Origin: an uncultured Fimbriimonadaceae bacterium
Lineage (GTDB): Bacteria > Armatimonadota > UBA10988
Assembly: GCA_964531735.1 (NCBI GenBank)
Contig: CAZHGD010000010.1
Coordinates: 9,673 to 73,672, forward strand
Direction: 5' to 3'
Length of the DNA stretch: 64,000 nt
Below, piece after piece: positions 57,638 through 64,000 of this stretch; positions within the stretch are counted from its first letter, which is position 1, and each line of letters opens with the position of its first letter. The notes under the pieces are model-generated. The model was not told the DNA's origin and made no database searches. It saw only the letters and a list, made by a program, of their open reading frames with translations. A program made the position numbers and the translations under genes.

Positions 57638-60377
57638 GCGCGCGCACGAGGTAGCGCACGGCCACCTGTTGGCCACGTTGCAGGCGAGGCGGCAGCACCA
57701 CCTCGACCCGGCCGATCTGGTAGGCGCGCCAGTTGCCGGCCTTGAGGCCGTTCGGCACCAGGTTGAGTTGCGCCGGCTCGTCGAACATCACCTCGATGCC
57801 GCGGCCCTGCTGGTCGGTGATGGTGAACCGATCGGCCCGGGCCGGCCCACTGCTGGTGGCGCCGACGCGGGCGTCGGCCCCGCGCGCTTTCCATGGTCCG
57901 CGGACATACGGCAGGTTCTCCACCAGGCTGGTCAGCGCGACGTCCGCGGTGGCGGTCAGCTCCAGGTCCACCTCGAGCGTCTGGTCGCCGAAGTGGTACT
58001 GCCGGCGGTAGTCCACCGGCACCTGCTCCAGGTGGCCCTCGATCACCAACCGCGAGCCTGCGGCGTCGAGCCGGAACCGATGCCGGAAGTAGTCCTCCCA
58101 GTAGCGGCGTCCATCTGTGGCGGTGGCCACCAGGCCGTGGTGGCAGGTCGGCGACCAGGCCGTGGCCATCAGGCTATGGCCGTAGTCCGGCGTCCAGAAG
58201 CCGGTCAGCCCGCCACCGAGGAACGGCGTGATCTTGCGGGCATTGGGCAGGTCGCCGCCGTCGGTCTCGCGGTCGCCGGCGACCGGTTGGCGCAGGTCCT
58301 CGCGCCCGCGGATGTAGTGGTCGCCCGCCGCCGGCTTGCCGACGTAGACGACGGTGTAGTAGCCGGCGCGCTTGACCGCGATCATCTCGTCGGCGAAGTT
58401 GCGCAGGAACGGCTCCGGCTCGGCCGCCGGCCAAGTGCCGCGCTGCGGTGCGGCAAAGTGCAGGTAGCGCGGCGTGGTGATATCGGCATAGAGCGGCAGT
58501 TCGGGCTTCGCCAGGAAGCGCTCAATCTGCGCGGTGGCCTCGGCCTTGGTGCGGGGTGGCTCGGCCCAGACGCCCACCTCGGGCAGCACTTCATCGAGGA
58601 TGCCTTTGGCGCCGCTCCACTGCTCCTGCGCAAAACTGTCGCCGACGCGGTGGTTGAAATTGAACCCGCCCAGCGGCCGGCCGTCGGGCTCGGGCGCGAC
58701 GGTGTGGTTGAAGAAGCGATAGCCGCGCCGCAGGCCGTCGAGGACGGCCGCATCGCCGCTCATGCGGTAGTAGACTGCTTCGTGCCAGTGGGTCATGCCG
58801 ATGTAGCTGGCGCACGGGCCGGTGGCTTCCTGGTGGAAGCCGGCCGGGTGTTGCCCACGCACCCAGCGGCGGGCCCAGAGGTGAGCCAGGTCGCGGTAGA
58901 GCGGATCGCCCGCACCGTCGGCGTAGGCCTGGAAGGCGACCAGGTAGTGCGACGACTGATTGCGCGCCGAGACGAGGTAGTCGCCGTACGCGCGGTCGAC
59001 CAGATGCCGCAGGCCTTCGCTCCAGAGCCGGCGCACGTCGTCGGGCAGGTGCGGCGCCGCCAGCCCGAACCCGGTGAAGGTCTTCTGCCCGAAGGCAAAG
59101 GCGTGCATGCCGGGGTAGGGGTCGAGGTCGTTGAGGCCGGGGAACACCTCGGCTTCCTGAACCACCATCAGGTCGCGCAGCCCGGCCGCCGCGGCCCGCA
59201 CCAGCAACTCGCGCCGGCCCTGGTACGGGTTGGTCGGATCCTTGAGCAAGGCGGCGCGCGCCAAGTGCTCGGCGGCATTACCACAGTGGCTGGAGGCGCC
59301 CGCGTACAGGCCGTCCAGCGGCCGGAAGCGGTCCCAGCGCCGGCCCGGGCCAGCCTGACCCGCGTAGGGTTGCCAGCCGTCCATGGCGCCGCCCCACGGG
59401 CTGGCCGGGTCGACGTTCTGCCGGCTCAGCCAGTGCTCGACGGTGGCCAGGTACGACTCCCGGAGCACCGCGTTGCGGAGCGGATCGGCCAGCCAGGCGG
59501 CGCGTCGCGTCGCCAGCCGCTCGGTCAGCGCGCGGGCGTCGCCGACCTGGGCCGGCGCAAGCAGCCGCGGCAGCAGTTCGGCCAGCCGGCGTTGGAACTG
59601 CCAGCAGACCACCGTGCCGTCGGGCAGTTGCTCCACCGAGGCATGGATCGCGCGGGCCGCCGCCGCCGACGAGCAGAGGATGAGCGGGAAGCCGGCGGCG
59701 CGGAAGCGGACGTCTCCAGACGCCGGCGGGCGCACGGTGAACACCGTACCGGCGTCGGCGGCAGTCAGCGCCACCGTGTGCCGGCGCGGGCTGTCCGTGC
59801 GTGCCCGCGGGCGGTCGGTGGCGTCGCGCACTTCGAGCGGCGCGCCCTGGAGCGTCAGCTCGTCGGCGTGCGGCGGCACGAACACGTGCCAGGCGCCACC
59901 AGGCGGCCGTGCCGGCTGGTAGTCGCCGTTCTGCTGGCTGAACCCGTAAGGCAGCTCACGACTGACCTCGATCTCGGCCGTGCTGTTCCGCGCGCCGGCG
60001 AGCAGGCGGAGCTGGTAGACGCCGGAGCCGGTCAGTTCGACGGTGTGGTCGAAGATGACCTCGCCGGGCTGCGGTGGTGAGGACAGGTCGCGCAGCAGCA
60101 GCTCGTCGCGCCCCGGTCCGGTGGGCCGGTCGGCCGCCGGCAGCCACTCCACCCAGCGCCATAGGGCCAGTTGCTCGGCCGGGTCGAGCACGCGCACCAG
60201 CAAGCGCTCGGGCTCGCGCGCGGTGGTCTGACGCACGACGATGCGCGCGGCGGCCGGCCGGCCGTCGGCGACCAGGTACACGGCCAGGCTCGGCTCGAGC
60301 GGCAGCGGGCCCACCCGCATCGCCGACCAGGCCGGGGCGAGCAAGAGCAGTGACCAGCAGACTGACCAGCGGACCAT
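57630..60377 (-). CDS. large secreted hypothetical protein (possible polysaccharide-active enzyme)
   Basis: Signal peptide MVRWSVCWSLLLLAPAWSA. 915 aa with strong GC3 bias; no catalytic motif recognised. Confidence 0.55.
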   Translation of the reverse strand: MVRWSVCWSLLLLAPAWSAMRVGPLPLEPSLAVYLVADGRPAAARIVVRQTTAREPERLLVRVLDPAEQLALWRWVEWLPAADRPTGPGRDELLLRDLSSPPQPGEVIFDHTVELTGSGVYQLRLLAGARNSTAEIEVSRELPYGFSQQNGDYQPARPPGGAWHVFVPPHADELTLQGAPLEVRDATDRPRARTDSPRRHTVALTAADAGTVFTVRPPASGDVRFRAAGFPLILCSSAAAARAIHASVEQLPDGTVVCWQFQRRLAELLPRLLAPAQVGDARALTERLATRRAAWLADPLRNAVLRESYLATVEHWLSRQNVDPASPWGGAMDGWQPYAGQAGPGRRWDRFRPLDGLYAGASSHCGNAAEHLARAALLKDPTNPYQGRRELLVRAAAAGLRDLMVVQEAEVFPGLNDLDPYPGMHAFAFGQKTFTGFGLAAPHLPDDVRRLWSEGLRHLVDRAYGDYLVSARNQSSHYLVAFQAYADGAGDPLYRDLAHLWARRWVRGQHPAGFHQEATGPCASYIGMTHWHEAVYYRMSGDAAVLDGLRRGYRFFNHTVAPEPDGRPLGGFNFNHRVGDSFAQEQWSGAKGILDEVLPEVGVWAEPPRTKAEATAQIERFLAKPELPLYADITTPRYLHFAAPQRGTWPAAEPEPFLRNFADEMIAVKRAGYYTVVYVGKPAAGDHYIRGREDLRQPVAGDRETDGGDLPNARKITPFLGGGLTGFWTPDYGHSLMATAWSPTCHHGLVATATDGRRYWEDYFRHRFRLDAAGSRLVIEGHLEQVPVDYRRQYHFGDQTLEVDLELTATADVALTSLVENLPYVRGPWKARGADARVGATSSGPARADRFTITDQQGRGIEVMFDEPAQLNLVPNGLKAGNWRAYQIGRVEVVLPPRLQRGQQVAVRYLVRALR

Positions 60378-60496
60378 CAGTGGCTCCAGGTGTTGGTCGC
60401 AACCGTGACAGGCGGTGGCCGGCGCGTCAAGCGCCGGTGGGCCGCCTTGACAGGCGATCCGGGCGACCCTACCATGCCGGGAGTCAGGAGAGTCGG

Positions 60497-61795
60497 TTGA
60501 ACAGGCTGCGCATCATTGGTGGCACCATCGTCACGCTCGACCCGGAGCGCCGCGTCATCGAGGCCGGTGAGGTCGAGGTCAACGGCGGCTGGATCGAGTA
60601 TGTCGGGCCGGTTCGCGAGAGTGCCGGCGAGGCTGAGGTGATCGAGGCCAGCGGCAAGGCAGTGCTGCCGGGCCTGGTGAACGCGCACACGCACGCGGCG
60701 ATGACGCTGATGCGCTCGTATGCCGACGACATGCCGTTGCAGCCGTGGCTGGAGACGATGATCTGGCCGTTGGAGGCGCACCTGACCGGCGAGGATGTCT
60801 ACTGGGGCACCATGCTCGGCGCGGTGGAGATGATCCGCGGTGGGGTGACCTGCTTCCACGACATGTACTGGTACGCCGGTGAGGCGGCGCGCGCCGGCCT
60901 GACCGCCGGGATGCGGGTCGCGCCTTGCGGCGTGCTGATCGGCGTGCTCCCCAACGCCGACGATCTGCTGGCCGAGGCCATCGAGACCGTGGACGGCTGG
61001 TTGTCCGACGGGCACCCGCGGCTCCACGCCAGCTTCGGGCCGCACGCGCCCTACACTGTGCCGGACGCCTACCTGGAGCGCGTGATCGCCGCGGCGGCCG
61101 AACGGCACGTGCCGGTCCACATTCACCTCAGCGAGACCGCGCAGGAAGTGGCCGACAGCGTGGCGGCGCATGGCGAGACGCCGGCCCTGCACATGGACCG
61201 CGTCGGCCTGTTCGAGGTGCACGCCGCGGCGGCGCACTGCGTCCATCTGACGCCCGAAGAGATCGACCTCATGGCGGCCAAGGGCGCCGGTGTGCTGGTC
61301 AACCACACCAGCAACCTGAAGCTCGGCGGCGGCGTGCCGCCGGTGCCGGCGCTGCTCGACGCCGGGGCCACCGTTGGTCTGGGCACCGACGGCGCCGCGT
61401 CGAACAACAACCTCGACATCCTCGAGGAAGTGCGCCTGGCCGCGCTGCTGCACAAGGGCCTGTTGCGCGACGCCACCGTGGTCAGCGCCGTGGAGGCCCT
61501 GGAGATGGCCACCTGGGGCAGCGCGGCGGCGGTCGGCATCGACCGGCTCGGCCGGCTGCTGCCGGGCTGGCGAGCCGATGTGATCACCGTCGACCTCAGC
61601 GCGCCGCACCTCTGTCCCGGCGCGAACGTGGTGGCCGACCTGGTCTATGCCGCACAGTCATCGGATGTGACCGACGTGGTGATCGGCGGCGAAGTGGTGA
61701 TGCGCGACCGGCAGGTCACGAAGGTGGACCAGGCCGAAGTGGTGGCCAAGGCGCGCGAGACGGCGCAGCGGCTGTACAGCCGGGTGGGTGGCTGA
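60497..61795 (+). CDS. mtaD: amidohydrolase, 5-methylthioadenosine/S-adenosylhomocysteine deaminase-like (MtaD)
   Basis: ORF 60074 trimmed to TTG 60497 (AGGAGAG SD). PGLVNAHTHAAMTLMRSYADDMPLQPWLE and HIHLSET metal-binding motifs of the MtaD / cytosine deaminase-like amidohydrolases. Confidence 0.8.
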   Translation: MNRLRIIGGTIVTLDPERRVIEAGEVEVNGGWIEYVGPVRESAGEAEVIEASGKAVLPGLVNAHTHAAMTLMRSYADDMPLQPWLETMIWPLEAHLTGEDVYWGTMLGAVEMIRGGVTCFHDMYWYAGEAARAGLTAGMRVAPCGVLIGVLPNADDLLAEAIETVDGWLSDGHPRLHASFGPHAPYTVPDAYLERVIAAAAERHVPVHIHLSETAQEVADSVAAHGETPALHMDRVGLFEVHAAAAHCVHLTPEEIDLMAAKGAGVLVNHTSNLKLGGGVPPVPALLDAGATVGLGTDGAASNNNLDILEEVRLAALLHKGLLRDATVVSAVEALEMATWGSAAAVGIDRLGRLLPGWRADVITVDLSAPHLCPGANVVADLVYAAQSSDVTDVVIGGEVVMRDRQVTKVDQAEVVAKARETAQRLYSRVGG

Positions 61796-61852
61796 GTCGG
61801 CGGGCCCCATGGAATACTGCCCGGCTCGCCAGATCGGCCAAGCAGCAACCAC

Positions 61853-61881
61853 TTGACACAGACCCCGCTGACGGGTATATT
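61853..61881 (+). promoter_or_regulatory. near-consensus sigma70 promoter for tRNA-Asp, with an 8-bp inverted repeat bracketing the -10 element
   Basis: TTGACA (61853-61858), 17 nt, TATATT (61876-61881). Inverted repeat CCCGCTGA (61864-61871) / TCAGCGGG (61881-61888). Confidence 0.45.
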
Positions 61882-61905
61882 CAGCGGGTCGCCGACGTGC
61901 GACGT

Positions 61906-61979
<74 letters not shown>

Positions 61980-61983
61980 TTAG

Positions 61984-62892
61984 TCAACTCTCCTCCGTCG
62001 CACCAACCGCCTTCGCCAACTGCCGCACCCGGCGCCATCGCCATCGGCGGACCGGCGCGAGCAGGACCGCCAATAGGGCCCATCCGACAGCGGAGGCGGG
62101 CACGGGTGGTTCGCTCTGCCACTCAATCACCCGGTCGACGTAGCCGTCCAGCAGTTGCCAGGCCAGCCGCGGGCGTCGCCACAGCCAACCGCACCGCAAC
62201 CACCGCTGCAGCACGACCCGGCCCTGGCAGCGTTGGCCGACGGCTGCCAGGCGGCGCGGCAGCACGTCGTGGCGCAGGCGGTAGTCGGCCAGCGCATCGG
62301 GCAGGAGGACCACGGCCGCTGGGCCGTAGCGATCGGCCAGGCGCAGGAACAGCTCCCAGTCCTGTGAGCGCCGCAGGCTGGGGTCGAAACCGCCGACGGC
62401 CGCCAGCGCGGTGCGGCGGTACATCACCGAGCTGTGTACCAAGTGGTCGTCGGCGCGGGCCAGTGCTCCGAGCAGGTCGCGGGTCGGCTGCGGTGCGCGT
62501 GTGCCCAGCACCTGGCCGTCGCGTACCAGGCGCACGGCATGGGCGCTCCATTGGGCGTCGGCCCGGTCCGCCAGGGCGGCCAGTTGGCGCGCGAGCTTGT
62601 CGGGTGCCCAGGTGTCGTCCGCATCGAGGACGGCGATCCACTCGCCGCAGGCAGCGCGCCAGGCCGCATTGCGCGCCGCGCCCGAGCCCTGGTTGCGCGC
62701 GAACCGCAGCGCGCGCAGGCGCGGCTCGGTGCCGGCGAGGCGGCGCAGCAGGGCCGGCGTGTCATCGGTCGAGGCGTCGTCGACGACGATCAGCTCCCAG
62801 TCGTCGCAGGTCTGCGCGCGAACCGAGGCCACCGCGTCGGGCAACCACCGCGCACTGTTGTAGGCGGCGGTGATGACGGAGACGGTAGGCAT
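61984..62892 (-). CDS. family 2 glycosyltransferase
   Basis: VSVITAAYNSARWLPDAVASVRAQT...IVVDDASTDDT...VLDADD GT2 signature (DxD). Confidence 0.8.
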   Translation of the reverse strand: MPTVSVITAAYNSARWLPDAVASVRAQTCDDWELIVVDDASTDDTPALLRRLAGTEPRLRALRFARNQGSGAARNAAWRAACGEWIAVLDADDTWAPDKLARQLAALADRADAQWSAHAVRLVRDGQVLGTRAPQPTRDLLGALARADDHLVHSSVMYRRTALAAVGGFDPSLRRSQDWELFLRLADRYGPAAVVLLPDALADYRLRHDVLPRRLAAVGQRCQGRVVLQRWLRCGWLWRRPRLAWQLLDGYVDRVIEWQSEPPVPASAVGWALLAVLLAPVRRWRWRRVRQLAKAVGATEES

Positions 62893-62901
62893 GGCGTCCG
62901 C

Positions 62902-64000
62902 TCAGGTGGTAGGTGTCGGCGAGATGCCGTCGGCCGGTTCTTCGCCCACTTCGAGGAACCGCCCGCCCTTGAGCATCAGCACGCGGTCGACGCCGCGGAG
63001 CGCCGAGTGCTGGTGGGCGATGATCAGCGTGGTGCGGTCGGCCATCAGGCGCAGCAGCGCCTCCTGGACCAGGGCCTCGGTCTCAGGATCGATGTGTGAG
63101 GTGGCCTCATCAAGGATCAGCAGCCGCGGATTCCGGAGAATCGCGCGAGCGATGGCGATGCGCTGCTTCTGTCCGCCAGACAGCTTGACGCCCTGGTCTC
63201 CGATGAAGGTGTCGTACCCGTTGGACAGCCGGCTGATGAAGTCGTGCGCGTTGGCGGCCATGGCGGCGGCCTCGATCTCCTCGTCGGTGGCTTCGAGTCG
63301 CGCGTAGGCGATGTTCTCGCGAACCGTGCCGCTGAACAGCCCGACGTCCTGCGGCACGATGCTGACCTGCGTCAGGAGCACCTCCGGCGGAATGCTGGCG
63401 ACGTCGACGCCGTCCAGTTCGATACGGCCGCCTTGCGGGTGATAGAGGCCGAGCACCAAGCTGGCCAGGGTGGACTTGCCGACGCCGCTCGGGCCGAGCA
63501 GGGCCACTTTCTCGCCCGGCCGCAACTCGACGCTGGCGCCGTCGAAGACGATGGTGCCGTCGGGATACGAGAAGCGCAGGTCGGTGACCTTCAGGTGCCC
63601 GTGCCAGACGTGGCCGGGCGCGAAGGTGCGTGGCTGCGGGTCCTCGAGGGCCGGCTCGCGCAACAGATCGAGCAGGCGCTGCGCCGCGCCCACCGCCTGC
63701 TGGTAACGCGTGTAGGCCAGCGAGATGTTGGTCAGCGACGAGCGAATGGTCTGCAGGTAGGCGATGAGCGCGATCAGCGTGCCGATGTCGACCTGGTCAT
63801 GCGTCACGCGATAGCCGACGAACCCGAGCACCGCGGCGAACCCGAGCAAGGTGGTGACCTCGGTCGCGAACTCGATCCAGGCGTTGAGCCGGGCGTTGCG
63901 CAGCCGCAGCGCGAGGCTCTCGTCGTTGGTCACGTTGAAACGCGCGATCTCGTACTCCTGGCGCCGGAACGCGCGGACGATGCGGATGTTCCAGACGGCC
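62902..64000 (-). CDS. ABC exporter fused permease/ATPase (MsbA-like), N-terminal part beyond the window end
   Basis: Walker A GPSGVGKST; signature LSGGQKQR; Walker B LLILDEAT; H-loop IAHQ. The frame stays open upstream of the track's GTG 63933 to position 64000 (...AVWNIRIVRAFRRQEYEIARFN), so the true start lies outside the window. Confidence 0.8.
   Translation of the reverse strand, partial: AVWNIRIVRAFRRQEYEIARFNVTNDESLALRLRNARLNAWIEFATEVTTLLGFAAVLGFVGYRVTHDQVDIGTLIALIAYLQTIRSSLTNISLAYTRYQQAVGAAQRLLDLLREPALEDPQPRTFAPGHVWHGHLKVTDLRFSYPDGTIVFDGASVELRPGEKVALLGPSGVGKSTLASLVLGLYHPQGGRIELDGVDVASIPPEVLLTQVSIVPQDVGLFSGTVRENIAYARLEATDEEIEAAAMAANAHDFISRLSNGYDTFIGDQGVKLSGGQKQRIAIARAILRNPRLLILDEATSHIDPETEALVQEALLRLMADRTTLIIAHQHSALRGVDRVLMLKGGRFLEVGEEPADGISPTPTT

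Noticed and set aside
56434-57654. 406-aa Arg-rich + ORF
   Set aside because: Wrong frame. The acyltransferase-3 protein, with TM helices and the LDALRSLAVLG motif, is encoded in the frame of ORF 55112..57637 over the same nucleotides.
57609-60080. 823-aa + ORF
   Set aside because: Antisense to the 915-aa secreted protein gene; Arg/Gly/Ala-rich.

Overview
This is a 64 kb stretch of a very GC-rich (~70%) bacterial chromosome. Taxon is uncertain; Planctomycetota, Chloroflexota, Armatimonadota and Actinomycetota are all candidates. Coding density is high, and long stop-free antisense ORFs are common. The six-frame track also uses ATG, GTG and TTG starts, so many listed ORFs carry Arg/Pro-rich N-terminal extensions that I trimmed to the first start consistent with the domain and a Shine-Dalgarno (SD) sequence.

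I call about 46 protein-coding genes and three tRNAs: Val(CAC) on the minus strand, Leu(GAG) directly after secG, and Asp(GTC). I also call three clean hairpin terminators and a few near-consensus sigma70-like promoters. I found no CRISPR arrays, transposases, integrases or phage genes.

Recognisable content:
- Housekeeping: nadD, tsaD, holA, uvrC, ahcY, secG, an mtaD-like deaminase and an Ldh/Mdh-family dehydrogenase.
- Signalling: a hybrid histidine kinase, a PAS kinase, an HD-GYP phosphodiesterase, a REC-GAF-GGDEF protein, a sigma-54 activator and an FHA Ser/Thr kinase.
- Glycan degradation (18.1-30.4 kb): a heparinase II/III-like lyase, a PL11 rhamnogalacturonan lyase with CBMs (carbohydrate-binding modules), a GH38 alpha-mannosidase and two further glycosidase-like proteins.

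The most interesting locus is a co-directional three-gene minus-strand block at 49.5-56.4 kb:
- An FHA Ser/Thr kinase with at least five C-terminal zinc ribbons.
- A TIR-TM-WD40 protein: TIR N-terminal and predicted cytoplasmic, one transmembrane helix, WD40 propeller predicted outside (a Toll-like-receptor-like topology).
- Overlapping it by 8 nt, a protein of TPR, then a caspase-like His/Cys domain, then a class III nucleotidyl cyclase.

No characterised system combines a TIR domain (NAD+ cleavage/signal generation), a caspase-like protease and a nucleotide cyclase in this way. I flag it as a candidate novel signalling or conflict (abortive-infection-like) cassette.
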